Shown here: positions 52,462 to 64,000 of the stretch, one piece after another
How positions within the stretch are numbered: the first letter of the stretch is position 1
How the letters are laid out: every line of letters starts with the position of its first letter
Source: Lingula anatina
Lineage: Eukaryota; Animalia; Brachiopoda
Direction: 5' to 3'
Assembly (NCBI GenBank): GCA_051362555.1
Contig: CM120640.1
Location: forward strand, 70,658,788 to 70,722,787
DNA: 64,000 nucleotides
Position numbers and translations under genes: made by a program
The notes under the pieces: model-generated
Seen by the model: only the letters and a program-made list of their open reading frames with translations
The model's database searches: none
What the model was told of the DNA's origin: nothing

Positions 52462-55400
52462 TTATGATGTCACAGCTCCTGATCTCATTATCTTGAAGAG
52501 AGAACTTGCGTTGTTGTTCTTGATGGCGTCTCTGCAGGCGTTCACCACTTGTGTCTTGTGCTTACCCACTGGAAGATACACCATGTGTTGGATTAGACAA
52601 ATTATCTAAGTTTACACAAACAATCAAGCTCCCTATTACTCTAATACATAAATATTAATTTTGGCAGCTTGTGGTTCCTGGCTCGTTAATTTACTTGTAG
52701 CTATATATCTATATATACATCTATATACTTATATATGTTACTATATTCATTTTAAATTACATGTCTAATCTTATTTTTAACTAATTTAATGGTGCAGGTG
52801 AATAGCACAGAGTTTACTTATACTGAATGTTATTAAATATACTGCAATATAACTTAGTAATATGTAATGGTGCCTGAACTGGTCATAAGATTGACATAAG
52901 TCTCACCTCTCAGCTTTCCTGCCTTCTGAATGACTTGATTGACTTGTTTCAGACAGCTCAGCAGTTCTGTGTGATTGTTACATCTGATCTTGTAGCCATT
53001 GATCAGATCTTTGTTCAGATCAAACAGTTCCATGTAACCTTTCTTCATGTTCTTCCTGGAATGTTTAGCAAAAGAATTATTATTTAACTGTTTCAATAAG
53101 TAAGGGAACAACTTTGAATTTCAAAAAAAAAAAAAAATAAATAATAATAATAACAATAAATAAATAAATAAATATCAGGAAAAATCACCTGCAGAACTTT
53201 AAACAGTATTTAGATTTAATATAATTACACTTACATATCTCCCATCAGTCTGGCATCCTCTGCCCTCACCACCAGACTCCTGATGAGGTTGGAGTGGTCC
53301 GCCATCTCTGCTGTCAGTTTCTGTCTAACAGCATGGAAATCATCAACCTAAAACATAACAGGTGCTATTACTGGGTTGATAAGCTACATTTAATTCTAAC
53401 ACTGGAAGTCTAGTAATATATACATATTTTGACAGAAAATACAATTTCCTTATTATCCCTAAGAATTTTAGAAGAGTCGTCTCCCTACATCTTGTGTTTT
53501 GACTAAGCAGCTAGCTTTGTATAGCACTCCTAGTGTCTTACTTTAATCAGTGTCAGCCTGAGAGCCTCCATTTCATCAGGGAAGTCTGCCGTCACCTGTA
53601 GATCTTCAATCTTTAGGAACAATGCAAGACTCTGTATAACTTCTGCTGCTACATCCATGTCATCTGTTTTGATTGTTACCTGGAATAAAAAATTAAATAT
53701 TGTCAGTGTACACAGGTCTGTTTTAATGCTACATGTTATCAAAATTTAACCTAACACTGTAATGAGCTCATGTTGTTGGCTATATATAAAATCTTTAAAA
53801 CACAAACATATGGACTGTATTTCTGTGCTGAGTCTACAAAATAAGTAAACGTGAACTTGTGTTTAAACAACCTTTAAATCTACTGCTTATTTATCCATTA
53901 GTTTAAAGAAGTACAAATTCAAATTTACTCCTTACTTGCCCACAATTTTAGAAAATAAAAAATAAAAAACTACTTCGTACTTGTCCGTTAGTTTCCATCT
54001 TGACACACAGAGGTCCTGCCCCCCTGAGAGACATGAAACGGGCGTCCAGAGCGCCAGGACAGACCAAGTCTTCTTGAAGCAGGAAGTTCTGGTTGATCCA
54101 CATAAGAACCTACAAAGAATATCATTCATGTGTGGGTCAAACTTTATCTTCATACTGATAATGCATCCACTATTTGTTACTTTTTTACATACACTGAAGA
54201 TTTTCCCCACTACATTATATGGTTTCAAAAGACAGAAAAGAAAAAAATATGTTCAATCAAGGGCTGTATTTACCCTCTGTACTCTTTCATTGACTTGGAA
54301 CACAACAGAACTCTTGGGTTCTGGTACCTCCCCACCACACAGTGCATACATAGAGAACCTGGGCAGCTGCCTGGTCAACTCAAACACATGGAACTGGTTG
54401 CTGTGGAGAAAATACACAGAGATTTATATATATGGGGCACCATAGATTCAGATAATCCTTATCATGTAATGTTTTTAATGTTGTAAAAAGATATTAATGG
54501 AGAATAAAAAAATTAGATAAGTCACAAAGCATTGGATTTTAGTTAACCTTATTAAATAAAAACAACAATACCTGTTCCTTAATCCTACAAAAGCTTTGAT
54601 GTGAAGATCCACAGGGACGTCCTTGGGTGGAATGATAGGAACTCTTAGACTGGAGCTGACTCCCACATTGACTGGGTGACTAGAACATACAATAACACCA
54701 CTCAGATATAGTTAATGATAGGAACTCTCAGACTGGAGCTGACTCCCACATTGACTGGGTGACTAGAACATACAATAACACCACTCAGATATAGTTAATG
54801 ATAGGAACCCTCAGACTGGAGCTGACTCCCACATTGACTGGGTGACTAGAACATACAATAACACCACTCAGATATAGTTCATGATAGGAACTCTCAGGAT
54901 GATTCTTTCTAACAATCTGACTGAAAGCCACATCATCTATTCTCCATTGCAGTTTTCTTTTTATTTTAAAATCCATTAAATGTTTGTCTTTACAGTATAT
55001 AAGAACAAAATGAAATATTTTTTACTCACACAACATAGCTCTCTCCTTCAAATATGCCCTCAGCAAATATCAGCACTGCTCTTACAACTGTGTCTGTAAT
55101 GTTTTTAAAAAATTATATTTGGATCTGCCATACATTTAACACATAGTAATCAGGGGCGGATTTAGGCCGTCTTCTGGGTCTTCCAGAAGACGGTCAGATT
55201 TTCAAGTTTACATTGATGGGTATCTAATTTTTTCTGTCGGAAGACGGTCAGAAAATGGAGGATGGATCAACAAAGATAATTTGGAAGACTGTCAGAAAAT
55301 AACTCTGGATCCGTCCCTGGTAATCCCAAAACACAATATTTGAGCCAAATGCCACAAACAGAAAAATCATATGCAATGACACAATAACAAGAAATAACAG

Positions 55401-58400
55401 AAAATGACTTAACAGTGGGAGAAAAAAATGTATCTAAACTTCACTGTTAAAGAATTTTTACACTAAAATTTAAAAAACTCACCATTTGTAGTACAAACAT
55501 TCAGTTCAACATGAGGCTGAAGGAAACAAAAAATTCATAATTAATAAAAAATAATACTAATTTAATCTATTAGGCCACAAAAATAATACACATTGATTAT
55601 TTGATCTGAATGTCAATGAAACATCCAATTTAATGAGTATAACTAAATATATACTAAACGTGAAATAAATCTTCATTTACATTAAGTCCCCCTCAGGATG
55701 TACAAAAAGCTCTAAAATCAACACATATCATTTTTCTTAAATATCCATAATGTAACATTTAACTGAAGAAAACCCCACACAAACCCTGCTCTCAAGGACT
55801 GAAAAGCAAACTTTTAAAATTCAAGAACCAAACTCAGATACTTTGCAAAAGAAATATTTCCATCAAGCATCTGGGAGTGTGTTAGCAGCTGAAGCAGAAC
55901 AGAGCAACAAGATGTTACGTGTTAGTTAGAGAACTAGGACAAGCCTGATAGTGATGCTAGCCTCATCTAGTGAAATGGGTCTTGCACTACTCAAAAGGAA
56001 ATACTGGCCCCTGTGGTGGTACACAGTGTGTCTTTTCAGTGGTCCCTGCACAAAAAGCACAAGTGTAGTGAGAGAGATAGAAATAGGTGACAAAAAAATG
56101 GCAAACAAAAGAGTAGATAGTCTGCTCATGATCTACAGCCACCTAGATAACACTTACAGCTTTACCCTCCTTCCCATGATTGACTTGTAGAGTAGTTTGT
56201 AACTGAGTGTTAGCCTGAAATACATGTAATACTCTATTATAAATTCTCAACACTCAAATTTAAAATGATATCATTTCCAGCAGAAATTTTGTGTTGAATA
56301 TATTTTCTTTTCTATGGATTACAGCGATGCTTTCAAAATTTTGATCTCCAAATTAAGTGAGAAGGTCCCCCTTCCTCACCTTTTTTTTTCTTTTTTTCCC
56401 TCTTTTCGGGGGGAGGGGGGTTGTTAGTAAATAAAAAATCATCACAAAGATTCTGCTGGAAACACTCAAGTTCAAAATTCTTACATTTAATTTGTAGTTG
56501 CCTGGATTGACAAAGAGATCTACTTTGAAATCTGTAACTTCCTACAAGAAGAAAAGAAATTGAAAGAAAAAAGAGCAAAGAAAGACAATGAATTCTTGTA
56601 TTCAACTTTTCGACAACTTGTATAACTTTATGATGCTTTTTAATACTGTAATTAATTTTCAATAAGATTAATAGAATAATTAAGGTACTTTGACAAATAA
56701 GGATAAAAAACAAGGAAAAAAATCTGGATTTTCTCACAGGAATGATGCCCATCTGGCCCTGGTCCAGGTCCCCCAAGCCAGACGGTCTGCTGGACTGGGC
56801 AGCTTTCTGGTTCTCTTCATAATTCTTCAGTTCAAGGAGGAGATTCTTAAAGCAAAAAATAATATGTCTTACTGATATGTACTTTACTTCTCTGGCATGC
56901 TATTACTTCAGTTGAAATAAAATATATACTAGTATAATGCCTGCTTTCAATTTATCAGTTTTAAATGTAGTTTCAAATAGTTTTGAGATAAATGATCAAA
57001 TATATCATTAATGCCTGGTATTGGTAAAGATTACCCCAGTTTAATGTGAAAACCATCATTATTGTCCATATTAACCTGTTTTCTTTGGCTGAGTTCTCGG
57101 ATCGTCTCCTGCTCCACGTTAGTGTCCATCAGGTTGCCCTTCATTTCCTGGGGTGCTGCTTTATAACCACGGACTGCAATACGACCACAGGATAAGTGAG
57201 AATACAGTTCACCCTGACTGTTAACCATACAGTCACTGACTATACAAAAGTTACTTGTAGTGAATTTCATGACTGCTAAAAAAAGGTTATCGTTTATTCA
57301 TATAAGTATAAAAGTTCCATATACCTTCAGTGCATCACTGTTCAATGATATTATTACCTATCAATATCCTTACCTTCTCCTTCTATTGAACAACAGATCA
57401 GCTGCTGTTGTCCATCCAGTCTATAATCAGCCTGAAAAACAAGTTATAACATATATCAACATTTTAATCTACAATACTCAACATCCAATATAAAGGGCAC
57501 TTCAAATTTTGAAATGTACATGGTGATTAAAACTAGCTGTAAAGTTACTTTGGATTACAGCCAGTGAGAGAGACTTATCACCACAGCAGTAGTTACTTTA
57601 TTTGTAATTAACTGTGTCAGACATCAACTTGACACTTTATATTCAGGTGCTTACATCAACGATTCCTGCCACTGCATTTGTGAAATTATCCTTAAACACA
57701 ACTTCTCCAGTTCTGTCACTGCGGGCGTCAATCTGAAAACAAATACACTTTTTGGCTACCTTGTACGACTATTGACAACAACATATCTTTAGATTGAACA
57801 CATTTAGGGACAGCAAAGTATATCAACATTTAGGTGTAATTCACCTTTCTATAAAAAGGACTCCCAACTAGATAAAATGCTGAGACACATGAAATGGGCT
57901 ATACCTTACATTTACAATATTTTTGTATTTTTAAATCTCAAATAACCAGCTGTAAGAGTCTTAGACTGGGTTCCCATAGATTTAGATCGATCCATCTGGA
58001 TTGACCTAACTCACTGGGGGTTCACGCTAAATTGCTGTCAGCTTCCGGTAGCCAAGTGCGCACGAAAGTTAATTACCCCCTTACACCTTTTAGTAGTCAG
58101 GACAGACATTTAAGCTGGTTAAGCTGACAGTAATCTAGTGAGACTCCCCAGGGGGGATAGATCGATCTAAATAACTGTGGTCTCATAGGTTGAGGATTAA
58201 ATCTTTTTGAGTATATAATGGAATGTTTTACTATTTCACAGAGAACAAGCCTCCTACCTTGCCATTACTCCACCCTGTGATCAACTCGGGCACACCATCA
58301 CCGTCCAGATCAAAACTGTTGATAGTGACTGCCTGGTTCTTGGACTGAAATCAGACAGATGTATGTCAGTAATGGCTGGCTAGAGTGTTCTACTTCCTTA

Positions 58401-61204
58401 TGAGATCTATACAAGTGACGACTGGCAAGAAGAATCTGCTTCATAACAGCAATTGTGATATTATTTAGAACTCACAGTTGAGGGAAAAATTGGTTTCCAT
58501 GTAGAAACTAAATACAGGGACAGGAGCTTTTTTTTATACAAAATAAGCAAGTTATTTTCAATAGCCATTATATAACTAACACATACCACTGGGACTGGGA
58601 TCAAATTACTTCAACTGTTTATGAAAGATATTGCTATTTAAGCCCATGCACAACGTTGACAGCAGAAATTTATCAAGAAAAATTTTACCTGGAAAGTATT
58701 TCAGGTACGGTGTTTTGAATAAGTTTAAGAATTAAGTATCCCCTGTTCCTTGAAGAATACCCACCAATAGAAAATAACTGTAACCATCTTACCTTATCAT
58801 GCTAATTCCCCATAGTGACTATGAATTTGAATCCCAGAGGTGGTCACTACTTACCTTAATCCTCCAGTACCTAGCTGTCCTGTCATATACACCCACTGTT
58901 CCATTTGCCAACATATAACCAAACCTACTTACCTTAATCCTCCAGTACCTAGCTGTCCTGTCATATACACCCACTGTTCCATTTGCCAACATATAACCAA
59001 ACCTACTTACCTTAATCCTCCAGTACCTAGCTGTCCTGTCATATACACCCACTGTTCCATTTGCCAACATATAACCAAACCTACTTACCTTAATCCTCCA
59101 GTACCTAGCTGTCCTGTCATATACACCCACTGTTCCATTGGCCAAGATATAACCAAACCTACTTACCTTAATCCTCCAGTACCTAGCTGTCCTGTCATAT
59201 ACACCCACTGTTCCATTTGCCAACATATAACCAAACCTACTTACCTTAATCCTCCAGTACCTAGCTGTCCTGTCATATACACCCACTGTTCCATTGGCCA
59301 AGATATAACCAAACCTACTTACCTTAATCCTCCAGTACCTGGCTGTCCTGTCATATACACCCACTGTTCCATTGGCCAAGGCATAACCAAACCTACTCCC
59401 CATCATTTTACACAGGGATGTGATGGTCTGAAGTCAAGGGAAAAAGTCAATTGTATGAAAAAAAATACACTAATAAATTAATTGCAGCCTGTTTTTAGTC
59501 TATAATCTTTTGCAGAGAGGTGATTGTCTAACATTAAAAACCTTTACTTTCATAGCCAATAACATTTCAACATGCAATGGGCGTTGTCAACACAAATATT
59601 AAGTTTCAAACATAATCATGATGTTTATCTAAATTGAACAAAATGCTATTACCTCTGTCTCTGTCATTTCTGCAATGATTTCATCTTCTTTGAATATTCG
59701 GATGTCAAAGTCTTCAGATCCAACTATCAACTGTAAAGTAAAAAGAACCTTACTGATGGCTAATTTAATACTGTTTTTAAAGAAACCCATTACTCAATGA
59801 ACAGAAACAAATAAATGGTAAATTACTTATGAGAACTTTATGACAATAAAACTATTCCTTACCTCATTAACTCCATCCCCATTAAAGTCTAGCATGGCCA
59901 GGGAGCAAACATTGTCACCTGTTACCTGTAACATAATGATACATTAAAGTCTAGCATAGGTGAACAAACATTAACATCCGTTACAAACCAAACAAATGAA
60001 AAAAGCACACGAAATATATTTATTCAACAAGTAAAACACAAAATGTCAAGCCATATAAATCCTCACTATGGGAAGCACTGAAGCAGAAACAAAATTTTAC
60101 CAAATTCAGAAAATAAATAATGTCTCACTTACTGTCCAGAAGGGGTCATTGCCCTCATAATCATATCCATGTAGGGAGCAGTTGCCCCCCACCACAGCCA
60201 GAGGGGTATCTATGGAGCCCAGGTGACCCACTATGATAGCATTGGAACCATCAGGGGTCTGAAATAATGCACATATTGAAATTCCATCTACTTTAGAATT
60301 TATGGACAAAAAATATTTTGAAAGAAATAACTACAATCATATTAATGATTATACCATGCTAAATTTGAATTATGTAGCTCTGAATTTTTTGTAATAGTAA
60401 GTTATGAAGAAAATAAACATAGCACTTACTTTATCTGACAAAAATATATTTATAATAAATGATAACAAACAATTCCTCAAACACCTCCAGTCACAATAAT
60501 CAATGTATTCAAATCTAAGCATCAAAAACAAGCAAATTATTTAACTACATTAAAAGAACTTGTTGTTTTGAAATAGGTATAATACTTACATCTTGATAAA
60601 ACAAGTCTGAGTTATTGTCCACGTCATATGCCAGGAGGTTGGTCTGTGTGCCCACCATCAGGATGTCATTTGGTTTGGAAGCGTCCAGTCTCCCTGCACA
60701 CACTGCACTCACAGCCTGGTTGATGTTCAGTAAACTGATGTCTGTGTCTGCTGAACCCTCCATTCTTCCTCCTCTCTCTCCACGTGTGTGAGGGTTGTGG
60801 ATGAACACCTGAGAACACAGTGGAAAGGATTGACACCACTCACACTACATGTCAATTATAACTCTTTCTGCTTGCCTGACTCAATAGGGTCCTTTCTCTG
60901 GGATTACAAAGATGATGTATTTCTATAACATTGTTGTCTGCACCTGTAATATTCTACTTCTCAACCCAAACAATTCAAAATAACGTTTTATTATATTTTA
61001 TTCTACTTCAGTGCTGGAGTGTTCAGTTATATTTGATCCAATTCAACAGAACTTATGGTCTCTAATATAATATATGAGTACACCTACCTTGCCAGCAGTG
61101 GTAGCACAGGTGAGACAGGGGTGTTTACCATCATATTTCCCCACAGTTACCATACGTGGGTTGATCTTGTGATTCAACTTCAGGGTAAAAATTGGAACCA
61201 GCAT
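52462..61204 (-). CDS. BBS2: Bardet-Biedl syndrome 2 protein (BBSome subunit), ~21 coding exons
   Basis: Exon 61204-61088 [39 protein letters not shown]; 60808-60590 VFIHNPH...[11 protein letters not shown]; [19 protein letters not shown]; 59427-59323 [25 protein letters not shown]; [17 protein letters not shown]; [16 protein letters not shown]; [27 protein letters not shown]; last exon 52568-52462 [20 protein letters not shown]...AVTS*. Confidence 0.97.
54631..54897 (-). repeat. Acceptor-spanning tandem repeat, 83 bp x ~3.2
   Basis: ATGATAGGAAC.CT.AGACTGGAGCTGACTCCCACATTGACTGGGTGACTAGAACATACAATAACACCACTCAGATATAGTT at 54631, 54714, 54797, partial at 54880. Confidence 0.95.
55151..55319 (+). 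mobile_element. hAT-like MITE with 5-bp TSD, copy 2 (BBS2 intron)
   Basis: GTAAT-CAGGGGCGGATTTAG...CTGGATCCGTCCCTG-GTAAT. Confidence 0.85.
57964..58180. mobile_element. PIF/Harbinger-like MITE, copy B (right end eroded)
   Basis: TTA-GACTGGGTTCCCATAGATTTAGATCGATC...CACGAAAGTTAATTACCCCCTTACA...GATAGATCGATCTAAA; colinear with 20017-20231. Confidence 0.8.
58847..59397 (-). repeat. Donor-spanning tandem repeat, 78 bp x7, in frame with BBS2
   Basis: CTACTTACCTTAATCCTCCAGTACCT...ATAACCAAAC every 78 bp from 58847 to 59315; translates as repeated VSRFGY(A/I/M)[19 protein letters not shown]. Confidence 0.98.
59880..59985 (-). repeat. Old acceptor-spanning duplication, ~62-bp period
   Basis: CATTAAAGTCTAGCAT...AAACATT...GTTAC in the exon (59880) and again in the upstream intron (59942), where the acceptor CTG (+ strand) is absent. 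Confidence 0.75.
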
Positions 61205-63609
61205 CTTGAAAGTTGTTTTTTTCAAAGCACTTGAATCCCTATATAACCTTTGCTGAAAAAAAAAAAGATAATTCTTACAGACAGCTGTGATGTTAACTAC
61301 TGCCTCATGTCTATATGAATTACAAATATAAACATATATTACACTTTATACAGATTTTTAACTCTGAAATTGAACAGATGAGGCTACATATAAGTAGATA
61401 TGCTTAGCTGTTGGTATATGTATTTTTAGAAAAAAAGAGCTCTGAAACTGGGCAGATATTCCTGGATAAACTATAAGTTCAATAGAAAATCTTCAAGCCA
61501 GTAGCTAGTTGGTTTCCCTGTAGTGTTATTGTCTGCTACTGAGTTTAACTAATCTAAGCAGTAAGGCTGCAAGTGACATATGTTCAACCCCCTTATAGAT
61601 TAAAATACTGTAGGTCATAAGGTTTGTATGACAGTTGTATTAGATTGATTGCTGTTTTCTTTTTCAAATTAACCATATCAGTATAAAACATTGCGGTATA
61701 GTATGACATGCTGTTATAAAGGTTTTCTGTGAGGTTTTGTTTAATTCTTCCACTCATGGAGGTGACATATGAGCAGCCATTTATCTCAATGTAAAGGCCA
61801 GGTAATAGTAAATGTGGACAATTTAATCGGTTTTTAGAGCCGCCCCTCCCCTTAACAACATTAAAAAAAACTCACAGTGCTTACAAGTTAAGTCTCTCCC
61901 AAAATGCTGTACTTGATCGCCTTAAAATTGCTGATTAATGCAGTTTTGGCAATGATGCACTATTAGTTAATACTTTCACATTTTCTCTCTCTCATTGACA
62001 TAAGAAAATCAAGTTTTATCGACAAAAGAAAACGTGTTTGTCTAGTGCAGTGTATGCCCACCTTCTTAACTATCTTATTCGTTTACAACATGATCCTCAG
62101 AGACGCTGCAGTGCACCAGAATGTATTTATGCACGAATCAGCACCAACTCACAGGTAGCTTCAGTGGAAACTAGTTGATAGAAACTATGCAGCTAATTTC
62201 TGTCACGCAGTGAATTATTTGTAATAACAAAAATAATAATAAATTCCACTAACCATCCTGTTTTATGAATGAAATTTTGCAAAAATAATTTTAATAACTT
62301 GAATAGAAAATATAATATTGTCAAGATTTAAATTGGACGATTATTTTAAAATATTTAGCTTGCTAGGTCAAGGTCATTCAAGTCCGTGGTTGTCTGTAGT
62401 TTGTTGTAATGTTGAAGAAATGAGATGACCCTATGTCCACACTTTGTCTGCGGAATTGCCAACGGTTGATCAAGTGCACAATATGCTTGACCTTTGGTGC
62501 GGCTAAAAAATGCAGGGATTCAACCATGCAGATCAACGGGCAAGGCAGATTGCAAGGCATTGTAACAGCCTGCGCAAGGTAAGACTGACTTGACAGAGTG
62601 CCACGTTGTTCGTCGCACTCTACCAGTGTAATATGCTGCTCGAAATAAAATATTTATCCACTTTGCATCTTTGATTTATTTATATATGTACGTCTTCGGT
62701 GAAGAGACTTTATAGATATAGAGGAAAGTCGTATGTGTTTAAAATGCTTGCGCAACTGATTTTTTATTGGAAAATGGAAGTCGGAGAAACGCCAAGTGCA
62801 ATTGAAACTCCCACCTTTTCCATGTTTTTGGTGTTCAGTTATTAGTTTAGGCTACGGAAGTTTACTACATAACTACATAACCGTTGAAAGTATACGTTAG
62901 GGAGCATGAGATGTATAGGGCATTTCTCAAATTGCGGTAAGTGTCTAGATACTTTGGGGTTTTAAAAGATTATTGAAAAAATGTTACCTGTTATTATTAT
63001 TCTTATTTAAGGTAATGGAAGAAATGATGTAATGATGTTCTCTCTAAAATTGATTTTTATTATTTTTTTCAATAATTGTTCTTTATTTGTTATTGTTAGA
63101 TTAAAATCCATTCCATTGAAACGTTCCATCCAAGGACAAATTTAGTCAAGATGATTGTCAGCCACAAAATATACTTAGATATCAGGAGACAATAATATCA
63201 CTGTCCAAGTCCTTAAATTTGATATGAGAATAGCCGATTGTTCAAAATGTGCATTTAAGAATAAACTAGCTCTAAGCTTTAGAGTGTGTAATCATAATGG
63301 CATTAAGTTGTCTTTAGGAATACATTGAATGGATAACAACTGTTTGAAAAATATCCATATACAATAATTTAAAAGATCTTTAGAATTTGATGTTGATTTT
63401 TTGTTTTCTAGCGAACTAGATGCACTCAAAAATATTTTTGGAAAATTGCGGAAAAGGGTTTAATACCATGCTGAACCACTCAATTCACCATTCTGAAAAA
63501 TCTTGTCCACACAAAATTTTACTGGCCGCAGGCATTGGACATTGTTGATTTACAAATCAAGCCTTTAAGCTGTGATGCCATTTATAAATTATATATCACA
63601 ATAATGCTT

Positions 63610-63710
63610 TCATGCTTTTCAATATGAGCACATGGTGCCTTGAAAACTGATGTCTACTAGGTCTGGAAGAGATTTCCAGACAGGTTTTCAAGGCACCATG
63701 TAAAGCATGA
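63610..63710. repeat. Foldback/hairpin, possibly the core of a MITE
   Basis: ACATGGTGCCTTGAAAAC (63630-47) / GTTTTCAAGGCACCATGT (63684-701), inner GTCTGGAA/TTCCAGAC, outer TCATGCTTT/AAAGCATGA. Confidence 0.75.
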
Positions 63711-64000
63711 ATATTGATCTTGTTAGATGCCATAAAAAGTATATGTTGACAGCTTGCATTTTATGCAGGTATTTAGACATATCTTTCAATTATTTATAAT
63801 GCTTGACATATTATTGTGAAGCTCATATCTACAGTGAATAAAGGCAAATGGTTTTGACTGCTGACTATAATGAGGCATTTCATGATGTTGTCAGCTTAAA
63901 ATGTACATTGTGTTCCATTCTGAGAAACATGTGAGCAGCATACATTTCCAACAAGAGGAACAAGCCGCTAGAACATGTCTTTACAGGTGCTGTCTCTACT

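Noticed and set aside
52076-52609. 177-aa + strand ORF
   Set aside because: Spans a MITE and the antisense of the BBS2 last exon; no recognisable protein.
55926-56046. Possible extra/poison BBS2 exon after a good-looking acceptor (TTTTTGTGCAG|G)
   Set aside because: Flanking exons join in frame without it, and no clear donor was found; unsupported without RNA data.
58494-58509. X-box (RFX)-like GTTTCCATGTAGAAAC
   Set aside because: Spacer too long and intronic; no convincing X-box found at the KIF27 or BBS2 promoters by eye.
58840-59481. 213-aa + strand repetitive ORF
   Set aside because: Antisense shadow of the 78-bp BBS2 array; open only because the unit is a multiple of 3.

Overview
Eukaryotic, intron-rich animal DNA, AT-rich; the actin intron layout and mosaic CpG pattern suggest a lophotrochozoan/mollusc-like invertebrate (inference). 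1-16 kb has no confident gene, only a candidate first exon with TATA/Inr at ~7.6-7.7 kb, microsatellites and dispersed short palindromes. Then come a small secreted PAN/apple-like gene (-), a divergent two-exon actin (-), SAP30BP (-) head-to-head with a ~35-exon KIF27/KIF7-type kinesin-4 (+), an orphan 313-aa ORF (-) and BBS2 (-). Non-autonomous DNA transposons are present (Kolobok-like with TTAA TSD, Harbinger-like with TTA TSD, hAT5-like with 5-bp TSD), plus an RTE LINE tail. The most striking feature is about a dozen short tandem duplications (32-100 bp units, 2-8 copies) centred on exon-intron junctions of KIF27 and BBS2, which multiply splice donors/acceptors. One gives an in-frame 26-aa 'ruler' of seven donors in BBS2; another amplifies a CTCF-like motif. 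All coordinates were read by eye; exon boundaries are inferred from GT/AG and reading-frame continuity, not transcript data.
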